A DNA stretch of 48,609 bases from Ignavibacteriota bacterium (GCA_016209795.1 JACQVI010000141.1:1-48609), one strand, 5' to 3'. Positions 30,038-40,298 are shown, counted from the stretch's first letter. Notes: generated from the sequence alone by a model not told the origin. Numbers and translations are program-made.

Positions 30038-30535
30038 TTATTGAGCACTAAGTTGCTGGACGAGAGCTACGTGGCCCATGACAGATAAGTAGAGAATGAT
30101 CAGAAGAAGTAACGGCATGACAATATAAAATATGGAAATCTGTTTATCGTAGCTTTGAAGCAGTTGCTCAGAATCTGGCTGAGCTTGACCTTGTGCCATT
30201 TGGTGAACTAATGCGCCACGCTTTCGAGATTTGACTGCAAAAAGAATTCCGCTAATCATGGCAATTGCAAAGAAAATAATTTTTGCGGTCAATCGGCCGT
30301 CTGTGAACAATCCAAATCCTCGTGAGATCATATTGGCAATTCCTGTTACTAACATGATGAACATGCCGAGTGGACTCATCAGTCCAACTGATTTCAACGC
30401 TTTTACGATGAGTGCCTTTGACTGAGCATCTGTTGCTTTTTTATAGTGTGCATTCAGAATGAACCCTGCAACTAACGTAGTCATCAGCAGACCAAGCCCG
30501 ATAAAATGAAGCAGAAGTGTTACTTCACGTGCCAA
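30038..30535 (-). CDS. Four-helix integral membrane protein (DUF2269-like)
   Basis: LLLHFIG start and four hydrophobic segments; start codon uncertain. Confidence 0.55.
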   Translation of the reverse strand: MAREVTLLLHFIGLGLLMTTLVAGFILNAHYKKATDAQSKALIVKALKSVGLMSPLGMFIMLVTGIANMISRGFGLFTDGRLTAKIIFFAIAMISGILFAVKSRKRGALVHQMAQGQAQPDSEQLLQSYDKQISIFYIVMPLLLLIILYLSVMGHVALVQQLSAQ

Positions 30536-30905
30536 TCAGATTGCCTTTCTTGAGACGACTCTTAATGGATTCTTTGTTGATTGCGTATAGACGTTGAAAT
30601 GACGGCAATAAAGATACAAAAAGTTTTTATGAGACTCAACCCACTGGTCTCGTGATGGATAGTTCTTTTTGCAAAAACCAATATTATTTAGTAGTTTTAC
30701 AAGCGGTTCCCACGAAACACAAATAGGGTGGTTTCTCCCAAAGAAGCATAGCAGAATGGCTTTTAATGTACTCTTGTGGGAGAAGCTTTCTGCACTGTCA
30801 CCTACCAAGTTTTTCAAGTAGAGTGAAGTAGAGAGTTAGACAATACCGCAGTATATGATTCTGGGATTTATCAAAAGAACAAAGAGTAACTACATTCACT
30901 ATCCA

Positions 30906-32483
30906 ATGTTTAGAAAATTGATTTTTCCATTGATATTCGATGCACTCATTGGGGTTGCACGATTGGCGTATGGACAAATCCAGCCAACTAATCCGGACAG
31001 CGCTCTTCAGATTATTCTTAGCCATTTGGAAGGAACATCTCTTTCTTTGACGGACGCTATGAAGTATGGATTGCAGAACGCGACATCAGTCCGCACTGCT
31101 GAGGCTACATATCTTGCAGCCAGAGGCGCCGCACGAAGAGAAGCAGGAGGTTTCGATCCTGAGTTGTTTTTCGCGCTGAACCATCTCGACCAGGAGCTAC
31201 CGACAGCCTCTTTCTTTTCCGGTGCACCAGTGTTGAGCACAACCCAAACCATCACCAGTGGTGGATTACGGATGGAGCTGCCAATCGGAACGAATATTGA
31301 AGCGTCGCTCAGCACCCTCCGATTAAAGACCAACTCTGCGTTTGCATTTTTGAATCCACAGTACACTGCATTTGGAAGCTTAAGTTTTCGACAACCGCTG
31401 TTAGGTGGACTCCATATCTCCGCCCGCAAACAAGCCAGAAAAGCTGATCAGGAAATGGAAGCTGCTAAAGCACGATACGATCAAGAAGTCCTTGCCATCA
31501 GCACGGAAGCTGAGCATGGGTATTGGGATCTCTACGCTGTCGAACGCGACTACGCCGTGCAAAAGCTTACACGCGACCGCGCCGAAGCGTTCCTGAGAGA
31601 AACAGAGTTGCGAGCCAAGACAGGATTGATCGGTCCAAATCAAGTTGCTAATGCTCGTACTTTTCTGGCGGAACAAGAAATTCTCTTACTCGACCGAGAA
31701 GAACAATTGGATCGACTTTCGGATCAGCTTGCCTCTTTGATTGGAACCAGACCCGACGCAGGACAACGTCGTTTCATCACAATTGACGATCCACCTGCTG
31801 AGTTTCCTCTTGAGGATGTCGATGCACTGGTACAACAAGCAATTCAAAACAATCTTGACCTTCAGGCAGCCAAGGCAGACGTTGAAGCAAAGCGGACATT
31901 ATCAAGTGCAGCATTCTGGGAAGCTCTGCCGAGCGTCAATCTTGTTGGCTCGCTTGGAGGAAGCGGTCTATTAGGAACACTGCAGGATGTTTCCTTTGGA
32001 GATACTACGTACCGTGCGCCATCTGATCGTCAAGGGCAGTTCGGAGATGTAATAAGTCAGGCTGTCAAGCGTGAGTTTCCATCGTGGAGTGTAGGTGTGG
32101 AAGTCAATATCCCAATTGCACTGCGAAGTGGATTAGGTGAAAAAGAACGACTGGAGGCAGAGGTGATGATGGCGGAACAGCAATATATTCAACAGGCAAG
32201 GATATTGGAAGAACGGGCACGCTCAGCGTACCGAGAGCTGTCGCATGGAAAGCAGCGATTGATTGCCGCTAGAGAAGGAGTTGATGCAGCCCAGGAGCAA
32301 GTACGCATCGGGTTGATTGAGTTTCAAAACGGGCTTTCAACGGCATTTGAACTTGTACGCCTCGGTGCGGACTTTGCTGTTGCTCAGCAACGATACTCGC
32401 AAGCATTAGTCCGTGGTGCCAAAGCCGCCGCTACGTTGAGGCAGTTAACTTCTGGCGAGTACAAGAGTGGTGCGGTACGCTGA
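30906..32483 (+). CDS. TolC-family outer membrane efflux protein
   Basis: LSLTDAMKYGL, QPLLGG, YWDL, OEP repeats, FQNGLST; start at 30855 or 30906. Confidence 0.85.
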   Translation: MFRKLIFPLIFDALIGVARLAYGQIQPTNPDSALQIILSHLEGTSLSLTDAMKYGLQNATSVRTAEATYLAARGAARREAGGFDPELFFALNHLDQELPTASFFSGAPVLSTTQTITSGGLRMELPIGTNIEASLSTLRLKTNSAFAFLNPQYTAFGSLSFRQPLLGGLHISARKQARKADQEMEAAKARYDQEVLAISTEAEHGYWDLYAVERDYAVQKLTRDRAEAFLRETELRAKTGLIGPNQVANARTFLAEQEILLLDREEQLDRLSDQLASLIGTRPDAGQRRFITIDDPPAEFPLEDVDALVQQAIQNNLDLQAAKADVEAKRTLSSAAFWEALPSVNLVGSLGGSGLLGTLQDVSFGDTTYRAPSDRQGQFGDVISQAVKREFPSWSVGVEVNIPIALRSGLGEKERLEAEVMMAEQQYIQQARILEERARSAYRELSHGKQRLIAAREGVDAAQEQVRIGLIEFQNGLSTAFELVRLGADFAVAQQRYSQALVRGAKAAATLRQLTSGEYKSGAVR

Positions 32484-32512
32484 CAGGGGTGATAGTAAAG
32501 ATTGTTTATTTT

Positions 32513-32565
32513 GAACTCACCCTAAATCCCTCTCTTAGAAAGAGAGGGACGGCAGGGATGAGTTC
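32513..32565 (+). repeat. Nested palindromic repeat, family B, left copy
   Basis: GAACTCACCCT..TCCCTCTCTT-AGA-AAGAGAGGGA..AGGGATGAGTTC. Confidence 0.9.
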
Positions 32566-32583
32566 GATGGAAAGAGTTCAACA

Positions 32584-32979
32584 ATGCACAAACAAACAAT
32601 AGAAGCTGCCAAGCAGCGGTGTCGTGAACTGCACAAGCATCAAACACCAAGTGAGAGACATCTCTGGCAATCAGTTCGGAATCGGAGTTTTCTGGGGAAG
32701 AAATTCAATCGTCAGTTTCCGATCTTCTTCACGAACCCCTCCGGTACGGAAGGTTTTTACATCGCTGACTTCTATTGTCATGAACATCGATTGGTGGTCG
32801 AACTTGACGGCAAGAGCCATTATTTTCAGCAGGAGTACGACGCAGAAAGGTCAGATATCCTTCACGGAATGGGACTCCAAGTTGTGAGATTTCGCAACGA
32901 TGAATTGGCAGCGAACTTTGATGATGTGTTGCAGCGCTTAAAGAAAACGCTTGGAACTCACCCTCATTCCCTCTCTTAG
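32584..32979 (+). CDS. DUF559 / Vsr-like PD-(D/E)xK endonuclease domain protein
   Basis: TPSERHLW, KFNRQFPI, YIADFYC, VVELDGKSH, YDAERSDIL, VVRFRN. Confidence 0.9.
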   Translation: MHKQTIEAAKQRCRELHKHQTPSERHLWQSVRNRSFLGKKFNRQFPIFFTNPSGTEGFYIADFYCHEHRLVVELDGKSHYFQQEYDAERSDILHGMGLQVVRFRNDELAANFDDVLQRLKKTLGTHPHSLS

Positions 32980-33036
32980 GAAGAGAGGGACTTTTCCTCT
33001 TCTCTTTTCAAGAGAAGGGGTCAGGGGATGAGTTCC
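32953..33036 (+). repeat. Nested palindromic repeat, family B, right copy (two internal hairpins)
   Basis: GGAACTCACCCT..TCCCTCTCTT-AGG-AAGAGAGGGA..CTCTTCTCTT-TTC-AAGAGAAGGG..GGGGATGAGTTCC. Confidence 0.9.
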
Positions 33037-33073
33037 ACAAAGTGATGTCACGAAAACAGAAAGGTACAAACTC

Positions 33074-34171
33074 ATGGTCATAATGAAAACAGTAGCTCGA
33101 GGATTATTTCTCTCGATACTTTATATCTCAATTGCTTTGTTACTGATCGACTGTGGAGAAAACAAAGGCAGCGGTGGGTTCTCGATGCCACCCATGCCTG
33201 TGGAGGTCAGTCAGGTCAAATTCCGAAAGGTTGTCGATAAGTTTGAAGCAGTCGGCACGATCGAAGCAATTGAGGCGATTACCGTTGTTGCCGAGATTGA
33301 CGGCGCAGTGAAAGCTCTCCCCTTCAACGAGGGTGGTTTTATCAAACAAGGCGAAATCATCGCACAGCTCGATGATGCCCAGCTTGCAGCGGAAGTTGCG
33401 CGTGCGGAAGCCTTGCGGTCACAGAGCCAAGTAACGTACGATCGGGTGAAAGCGATTGTTGATCAAGGTGCTGGTGCTCCTCAAGATCTCGATGATGCCG
33501 CCGCAGCGCTGAAGGTCGCTCAAGCGAACCTCGATCTTGCCAAAGCACGCTTCGCAAAAACGAGGATTATCGCTCCCTTCGATGGGATTATTGGTGCTCG
33601 ACGAGTTAGTGTGGGAACTTTCATGCGAACGGGGCAGTCAGTAACAGATCTTGCGAACATCGATGAAATCAGAGTAACGTTTGCAGCCCCGGAGCGATTT
33701 CTCTCACAGCTTACTCGGGGTGCATCTGTTGCCGTTTCGACAACGGCATTTCCGGGGTATGAATTACAAGGAAAGATCATCGCAATCGAACCCATCATCG
33801 ATCCCACGACCCGAAGCACCCGTGTGGTTGCACGTGTTCAGAATCCGGAGCGAAAATTTCGTCCGGGAATGTCTGCCAATATCTCAGCCGTCTTGAGCGA
33901 GAGACCTAACGCCTTGACAATACCGAACGAAGCTGTCTTTGGCAGTGGAAACCAGATGTTCGTGTTTATCGTAAAGCCAGATAGCACAGTGGCTCGAGTT
34001 CCTCTCACACTCGGAACTCGACTTGCTGATGTGGTGGAAGTGCTGGATGGTTTGCAGCAAGGAATGACTGTAGTTCGGGCAGGACATCAAAAGCTGTTCG
34101 ATGGTGGAAAGGTAATGCCAATGACAAGCCAGACAGACATGCAATCAACAGAGACTAAGACTGGAGGGTAA
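33074..34171 (+). CDS. RND efflux periplasmic adaptor subunit
   Basis: EAVGTIEA, AEIDGAV, IIAPFDGIIG, FRPGMS, IPNEAV. Confidence 0.92.
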   Translation: MVIMKTVARGLFLSILYISIALLLIDCGENKGSGGFSMPPMPVEVSQVKFRKVVDKFEAVGTIEAIEAITVVAEIDGAVKALPFNEGGFIKQGEIIAQLDDAQLAAEVARAEALRSQSQVTYDRVKAIVDQGAGAPQDLDDAAAALKVAQANLDLAKARFAKTRIIAPFDGIIGARRVSVGTFMRTGQSVTDLANIDEIRVTFAAPERFLSQLTRGASVAVSTTAFPGYELQGKIIAIEPIIDPTTRSTRVVARVQNPERKFRPGMSANISAVLSERPNALTIPNEAVFGSGNQMFVFIVKPDSTVARVPLTLGTRLADVVEVLDGLQQGMTVVRAGHQKLFDGGKVMPMTSQTDMQSTETKTGG

Positions 34172-37100
34172 TGACTATGAAACTCAGTACAACATCCATT
34201 CAACGCCCGGTATTTGCCAGCGTTATGAGCTTTACGATCCTGCTCTTCGGGATCATTTCCTTCTTGCGCCTGCCGGTGCGCGAGTACCCTGATATCGATC
34301 CGCCGATCGTTTCGGTTGTTACCTTGTATCGCGGAGCGAGTCCAAGCGTTGTAGAAACTGAAATCACCAACGTGTTGGAAGAGCAGTTTGCCACACTCGA
34401 AGGAGTCAAGACGATGACCTCCTCGAGCCGTGAGCAGGGATCGGTGATCACTATTGAGTTTGAATTGAGCCGCAACGTCGATGAGGCGTCCAACGATGTT
34501 CGTGATCGTGTCTCGCGCGTACGAGGAAGACTTCCCCGTGAGATCGATAATCCCATCGTCTCCAAAGTCGATGCGAACGCCCAGGCAATCGTGTGGCTCG
34601 CACTGTACAGTGATAGGCACAGCGGTTTGGAATTGACCGACGTTGCCGACCGCATTTTGAAGGAACGCATCCAACGCCTTCCCGGAGTTGGCTCGGTCAT
34701 TATTGGCGGAGAGCGCCGTTACGCTATGCGTGTCTGGCTCGATCCGCTGCGCATGGCAGCCCACGGACTGACGACGCAGGATATCGAGGTAGCCATCCGT
34801 CGAGAGAATGCGGAAATACCGGCAGGACGAGTTGAAGGCGTAGAACGGGAGTTTTCGGTTCGTACGCGCGGGGAGCTTGTCACACCTGAGGAATTCGGTG
34901 CCATCATTGTTTCTCGTAGAGCGGACCGCATCGTGCACCTCCGTGATGTTGCGGAAGTGAATGTCGGTGCAGCGGATGAGCGGTCTGCTGCACGGTACAA
35001 CGGACAAACGGCAGTCGGCTTGGGTATCGTCAAGCAGTCCAAGGCAAGCACTGTCGATGTCGCAGAAGAAGTGCGTAACGCTTTGAAAGAATTGGTCAAA
35101 CTCTTACCTGCTGGCATGAATTTAGACGTTGCGTACGACTCGTCAACGTTCATCAATGAGTCAATCGATGAAGTTCAACAGACGCTGATCATTGCCATGT
35201 GCCTGGTGGTGTTAGTGGTGTTTGCGTTCCTGAAAAGTCTGCGTGCAACAGCGATTCCTTCGTTGGCAATTCCGATCTCCATCATCGGGGCGCTTGCTGT
35301 CGTGTACTTCGCTGGATTCACACTGAATATCTTAACGCTCTTAGCTTTGGTGCTCGCCATAGGTCTGGTCGTCGATGATGCCATCGTCGTATTAGAGAAC
35401 ATCTACCGCCACATGGAAATGGGAAAGAACCGATGGAGAGCAGCGCTCGATGGAAGCAAGGAGATCGGCTTCGCAGTTGTTGCAACGACGATCACTCTTG
35501 TTGCTGTATTTGTACCACTGGCTTTTTTGACCGGAAACGTCGGACGATTGTTCAATGAGTTTGGAGTCGCACTTGCTGTGGCTGTACTGATCTCCGGCTT
35601 CGTTGCTCTGACATTAACGCCGATGCTTTGTTCCAAGATTCTCAAGCCCCTCCACGGTGTGGGAAAGGGCTTGGCCTCCCGCTCGTTTGATGCATTCTTC
35701 GAATGGCTCAACAAAGTGTATGATCACATTCTACGATTTGCTCTACGGCGAAGAACTCTGATGATTGTTGCGGCAGTAGCAAGCGTTGTAGTGTGTGTGG
35801 TTCTGTTTAAATTTCTGCCGAGTGAGCTTGTGCCTATCGAAGATCGCGGCATCGGCTTCGGTATTGTGATTGCACCGGAAGGAGCGACATTGGAGTATAC
35901 AGACCGATACATGCGTGAAGTGGAAAGAAGACTGATGGCGCTTCCGGAACGGCGTGCGCTGTTCACCGCTGTTGGATTGGGATTCGGCGGTCCCGGACGT
36001 GTGACCAACGGATTCCTGTTCCTTGCTCTAAAGCCGCGCAGTGAGCGCGACAAATCGCAGCAGCAAATTATCCAGGAACTCTTCCCGCAGCTTCTGTCGA
36101 TACCCGGTGTGTTGGCATTCGTTATCAATCCCCCAAGTATCGGTGGAAGATTTAGCTCAAGTCCTGTGGAGTATGTTCTTCAAGCAGAAAGTTATGAGGA
36201 GCTGAACCAAGGCGTTGGCATCATGATGGGGGAAGCGCAAAGGTTAGGATATTTGATTAATCTCGACACCGACCTGCGACTGAACAAGCCGCAGCTTGAC
36301 CTTACCATCGACAGAGAACGTGCTGCAGGACTTGGTGCATCTGTTTCAGACATTGGCTTAACGCTTGAAACGTTCCTTGGCGGTCGTGCGGTCACCAACT
36401 TCAAGCGGGGCACAAAGCAGTACGATGTCATCTTGCAGATGAAGCCTGCCGCACGCTCGACGCCCGATGCCATCAGGGAAATTTATATTCGAGGTACTGG
36501 TGGACTTGTGCAGCTTGCTAATGTTGTAAAGGTGGAGGAAACGCTTGCACCGAAAGAGCTGAACCATTACAACCGCGTACGCTCTGCAACGTTCAATGCG
36601 CAGCTCGCTCCCGGCATAAGCTTGGGACAAGCGCTCGACGATCTCGACCGCATCGCTGCCGAGAAACTTCCGGCAGGTTTCAAGCGGGAGTATGCGGGCC
36701 AGTCACTTGAGTTCAAGTCGTCAAGCTCCAGTCTTTACTTTATGTTTCTCCTTGCGATAATCTTCATTTACCTCGTGCTTGCTGCACAGTTCGAGAGCTT
36801 CATACACCCTCTGACCATTCAGCTCTCGGTGCCGCTTGCCGTATTCGGGGCGCTGCTGACTCTGTTCATCTTCGGACAAAGCTTGAACATCTATTCGCAG
36901 ATTGGGTTGATCATGCTTATTGGTCTGGTGACCAAGAATTCAATTCTAATTGTAGAGTTCTCAAACCAATTGCGTGCACGCGGCGAATCGGTGTTGGACG
37001 CTGTTATCCAGGCTGCTACAATCCGCCTACGACCAATTCTCATGACGTCATTCTCGACTATTTTCGGCATACTGCCAATTGCGATTGGTGTTGGCGCAGG

Positions 37101-37308
37101 TGCAGAATCGCGTCGGCCATTAGGACTTGCAGTAGTCGGTGGAGTGTTCTTCTCTACCTTCCTGACGCTCGTGCTAGTGCCTGTGGTGTACACGCTTCTC
37201 GCTCGCTTCACAAGTGCAAGTAAATTAAGGAAAGAAGAACTAGAAGAATTTGAGCCAAAAGAAGAAGTCACACGTGAGGCTGAGTTGGTTGCAGCAGCCG
37301 GGAAGTGA
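34171..37308 (+). CDS. RND efflux permease (AcrB/MdtC-like, HAE1 family)
   Basis: RPVFA, LPVREYP, GLVVDDAIVVLEN, GLVTKNSILIVE, RLRPILMTS; 1045 aa. Confidence 0.95.
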   Translation: MTMKLSTTSIQRPVFASVMSFTILLFGIISFLRLPVREYPDIDPPIVSVVTLYRGASPSVVETEITNVLEEQFATLEGVKTMTSSSREQGSVITIEFELSRNVDEASNDVRDRVSRVRGRLPREIDNPIVSKVDANAQAIVWLALYSDRHSGLELTDVADRILKERIQRLPGVGSVIIGGERRYAMRVWLDPLRMAAHGLTTQDIEVAIRRENAEIPAGRVEGVEREFSVRTRGELVTPEEFGAIIVSRRADRIVHLRDVAEVNVGAADERSAARYNGQTAVGLGIVKQSKASTVDVAEEVRNALKELVKLLPAGMNLDVAYDSSTFINESIDEVQQTLIIAMCLVVLVVFAFLKSLRATAIPSLAIPISIIGALAVVYFAGFTLNILTLLALVLAIGLVVDDAIVVLENIYRHMEMGKNRWRAALDGSKEIGFAVVATTITLVAVFVPLAFLTGNVGRLFNEFGVALAVAVLISGFVALTLTPMLCSKILKPLHGVGKGLASRSFDAFFEWLNKVYDHILRFALRRRTLMIVAAVASVVVCVVLFKFLPSELVPIEDRGIGFGIVIAPEGATLEYTDRYMREVERRLMALPERRALFTAVGLGFGGPGRVTNGFLFLALKPRSERDKSQQQIIQELFPQLLSIPGVLAFVINPPSIGGRFSSSPVEYVLQAESYEELNQGVGIMMGEAQRLGYLINLDTDLRLNKPQLDLTIDRERAAGLGASVSDIGLTLETFLGGRAVTNFKRGTKQYDVILQMKPAARSTPDAIREIYIRGTGGLVQLANVVKVEETLAPKELNHYNRVRSATFNAQLAPGISLGQALDDLDRIAAEKLPAGFKREYAGQSLEFKSSSSSLYFMFLLAIIFIYLVLAAQFESFIHPLTIQLSVPLAVFGALLTLFIFGQSLNIYSQIGLIMLIGLVTKNSILIVEFSNQLRARGESVLDAVIQAATIRLRPILMTSFSTIFGILPIAIGVGAGAESRRPLGLAVVGGVFFSTFLTLVLVPVVYTLLARFTSASKLRKEELEEFEPKEEVTREAELVAAAGK

Positions 37309-37380
37309 AGAGATGATTACTCTGCATGCTCTACAGTTAAAACACTGATTGTTACGCCACAGAGAGTGCAACGATCGGAT

Positions 37381-37409
37381 TTGACAGAGATATGTTTTTT
37401 GAGTAGATT
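37381..37409 (+). promoter_or_regulatory. Putative sigma70 promoter
   Basis: TTGACA-17 bp-TAGATT upstream of 37439. Confidence 0.55.
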
Positions 37410-37438
37410 CAGTTCACTCAAGTTGTGCGTAGTTACCG

Positions 37439-37825
37439 ATGGAGACCTCAATCTTTCTAGCTAAAGTGATAGGGCTGTTCGGCGCAATAAGTACTTTAGC
37501 AATAATTATCCGTTATGAAACACATCTGGTGATGGAAGAAAATGCCGTGCAAAGTCCGGCAGTGATATATCTTTCAGGATTCTTATTTTTACTCCTCGGT
37601 ATCTTAGTAACAGTGAGCCATCAGGTTTGGACACGTGATTGGCGAGTTGTCATCACGATCTTGGGGTGGCTACTGTTGGCTAAGGGGCTTATGCGGATTT
37701 TCTTTCCGGAAGCCGTCAAAAAGTTTATTGAGAAAAAGAGAAACGACCGACGTTTTTTACTGGCTGAGGTAGTAACTTTCTTTATCAGTCTCTATCTTAT
37801 TTATCAGGGATTCATTGGTCATTGA
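37439..37825 (+). CDS. Small hypothetical membrane protein
   Basis: Four hydrophobic segments; HQVW..W..VITILGW..L.KG..RIFFP pattern. Confidence 0.65.
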   Translation: METSIFLAKVIGLFGAISTLAIIIRYETHLVMEENAVQSPAVIYLSGFLFLLLGILVTVSHQVWTRDWRVVITILGWLLLAKGLMRIFFPEAVKKFIEKKRNDRRFLLAEVVTFFISLYLIYQGFIGH

Positions 37826-37925
37826 TTTAGAATTATATTCAAGAACTCTGAGGAAACTCGACAGAACAAAATTAACCCCACAATCCACAATAACTCATCA
37901 TCAACTAACATGTAAGGAGATTAAT

Positions 37926-38426
37926 ATGACAAAACATTTCTGTTTCACCGTTTTGATTGGCTGCTGCTTAGCGATGCTTGTGCTCGGCTGTACACCGCAG
38001 CAACCAGATACTCGTGCGAAGGATGAGGCTGCGATTCGCGATGCCGACATCGGCTGGTCCAAGGTTGCTGAAACAAATCAAGTGGATCAGATGATTGCAT
38101 ACTTCCTCGAAGATGCAGTTGTGTTAGCACCGAACGAGCCGATGGCAAGCGGAAAGGAAGCCATTGGCACAATGCTTCGGGGGTTTTTCGCGATGCCCGG
38201 TTTTTCAGTCAAATGGCAACCAACGAAGGTGGAAGTGTCACGCTCCGGCGATCTCGGTTATTCATTAGGAACGTACGAGATGACTATGAACGATCCCAAA
38301 GGAATACCCATGACGGATCGAGGCAAGTACGCAACGGTGTGGAAGAAACAAGCCGATGGAAGCTGGAAGGTTGCAGCCGATATGTTCAACTCGGATTTAC
38401 CTCTACCACAACTGCCGTCACAGTAA
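37926..38426 (+). CDS. DUF4440/SnoaL (NTF2-like) lipoprotein
   Basis: ATG after TAAGGAG, lipobox VLGC, VSRSGDLGYSLGTY, GKYATVWKKQADGSWK. Confidence 0.88.
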   Translation: MTKHFCFTVLIGCCLAMLVLGCTPQQPDTRAKDEAAIRDADIGWSKVAETNQVDQMIAYFLEDAVVLAPNEPMASGKEAIGTMLRGFFAMPGFSVKWQPTKVEVSRSGDLGYSLGTYEMTMNDPKGIPMTDRGKYATVWKKQADGSWKVAADMFNSDLPLPQLPSQ

Positions 38427-38555
38427 GGTCGGGTACTGCGCTTACATGATTTGAAAAAGGCGAGGAGATAGACGACGTTCATTGTTTACTACCACCGTTG
38501 GGTGAAAATGTACAATGCGGACGTCCAGTAGTTATTCATAGTTGCTCGATAGAGA

Positions 38556-40298
38556 ATGTTAAGTAAGAAGGAGTTCATTATACTGAAGAAGTGTTTCGTT
38601 GCCGCGGCTGTCGTCACCAACGTATGTTTCTCGTTGATCGCCTTTGCTCAGAATGTACGGTCCGTGCTCGGTAGAGCGGATACGCTGGTTGGACTTTGGG
38701 GTACCGAGCAAATCATTGCACCGATGGTTCGGGGTGAACTCACCATTGACGCGCGCGATTCAATATGGCGAGCGAGCATCGGAGGGTTCAGTACCTCTGT
38801 TCAACACATGAAAGATAGAATTTTGTTCACGATGCTTGGGGCAGGTGAGTTTCGCGGCAAGATGAGCGCGAATCCCGCGAGAATTCTGGGCCATTGGATT
38901 CAACCCAGCAGCAGCACCGACGCCTACAGCCAGCGGTACGCAAGCCCTGTTGAACTTTCGGAAGTGAGCACGAACGTGTGGAGAGGAAGGGTTACTCCAC
39001 TGGACTATCTCATATCGTTCTATATCTCGATTCAATCTGCCAACGATGGGACACTAAGCGCCTTCATACGCAATCCGGAAGCGAATTTCTTTGCGGGCCG
39101 CACTTACAAGGTCGAATTGAAGGGCGATTCAGTTATGTTCTCCCATCCGCCCCTCGTATTCACACGTCGCAAGGGCAATGATGCGGTCGGATTTTTCCCG
39201 AGAGTTGTTCCTGAAAGCGGGCAGTACGTGTACAGAACACCGCTTGCCGAAAACGATGGGTGGGCCACTGCCTCACTCACAGATGTGGGCATGGGCGTAC
39301 GCGCGATAGAGGAATTCGTTGAAAAGATTCTTACGGCGGTTCCCTCTCTGGAAAACCCAGTGAACATCCACAGTTTGCTCATCGCACGTCACGGGAAATT
39401 GGTACTGGAAGAATATTTCTACGGATTTGACAAAGACCGCACACACGACATGCGCTCTGCGAGCAAATCAATCGTGCCTGTTCTGGTCGGCATTGCCCGT
39501 GATCGCGGCGTCAAAATAGGACCGGACACTCCGGTGTATTCCTTATTCCCGGAATACAAGCCGTTTGCCAACTGGGATGTACGCAACAGCAAGATAACTC
39601 TCGAAGACCTGATGAACATGGCAAGTGGACTGGCAATCGATGACGTAGATCCGTTCTCTCCTGGTAATGAAGGACATATGCAAGAGCAAACAGAACAGCC
39701 GGACTGGTACAAGTACACGCTCGACCTTCCAATGGTGCGCGATCCCGGAGGTGATCATCCGATATACGGCTCGGCAAATATCAACCTCGTGGGAGGTGCA
39801 GTCAGGAACGCTACGGGTAAGTGGCTCCCCGAACTCTTTGATGAATACTTTGCCCGGCCTCTTCAGATCAGCACTTACCACATGAATCTGATGCCTACAG
39901 GTGAAGCCTACACTGGCGGAGGTCTCTACATGCGCCCGCGCGATCAACTCAAACTCGGCCAATTATACCTTGCTGGAGGAGTTTGGAACGGGCATGTCAT
40001 TGTGAGTAAGGATTGGGTGAAGCAGTCGACCGTTCGACACGGCAACATGAAACCACGAATGGATATTGATACAGATCATGGGTATGGCTACGCATGGCAT
40101 TTTAGGGATTGTGAAAGAAGTGGACGTGTGTTCCACTACTACTGGGCTGGAGGAAATGGTGGACAGCTCATCATTGTCATCCCAGAAATAGACATGGTAG
40201 TGAGTTTCACTGGTGGAGATTATGGTGAATTCCGCAAATACCTCAGGTGGGAGATCGAATTACTGCCCCAATACATATTGCCTGCGGTAATGCACTAA
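38556..40298 (+). CDS. Serine hydrolase (beta-lactamase/AmpC-like, NylB-type)
   Basis: SLLIARHGKLVLEEYF, SxxK motif (RSASKS), ITLEDLMNMASG, YGS, GYGYAW, AGGNGGQ. Confidence 0.88.
   Translation: MLSKKEFIILKKCFVAAAVVTNVCFSLIAFAQNVRSVLGRADTLVGLWGTEQIIAPMVRGELTIDARDSIWRASIGGFSTSVQHMKDRILFTMLGAGEFRGKMSANPARILGHWIQPSSSTDAYSQRYASPVELSEVSTNVWRGRVTPLDYLISFYISIQSANDGTLSAFIRNPEANFFAGRTYKVELKGDSVMFSHPPLVFTRRKGNDAVGFFPRVVPESGQYVYRTPLAENDGWATASLTDVGMGVRAIEEFVEKILTAVPSLENPVNIHSLLIARHGKLVLEEYFYGFDKDRTHDMRSASKSIVPVLVGIARDRGVKIGPDTPVYSLFPEYKPFANWDVRNSKITLEDLMNMASGLAIDDVDPFSPGNEGHMQEQTEQPDWYKYTLDLPMVRDPGGDHPIYGSANINLVGGAVRNATGKWLPELFDEYFARPLQISTYHMNLMPTGEAYTGGGLYMRPRDQLKLGQLYLAGGVWNGHVIVSKDWVKQSTVRHGNMKPRMDIDTDHGYGYAWHFRDCERSGRVFHYYWAGGNGGQLIIVIPEIDMVVSFTGGDYGEFRKYLRWEIELLPQYILPAVMH

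Noticed and set aside
30536-30854. Short ORFs (30536-30817, 30798-31025) or an ncRNA in the divergent intergenic region
   Set aside because: The region is AT-rich with no protein motifs and no recognisable riboswitch or RNA structure. It is most simply a divergent promoter region.
32513-33036. CRISPR array or classical IS interpretation of the family B repeats
   Set aside because: There are only two copies separated by a gene, with no spacer series, no cas genes, no DDE/HUH transposase motifs and no target-site duplication.
34087-35007. 306-aa antisense ORF, plus other antisense ORFs across the RND gene
   Set aside because: It lies opposite a well-conserved RND permease and has no recognisable motifs. 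Such shadow ORFs are expected from codon bias.
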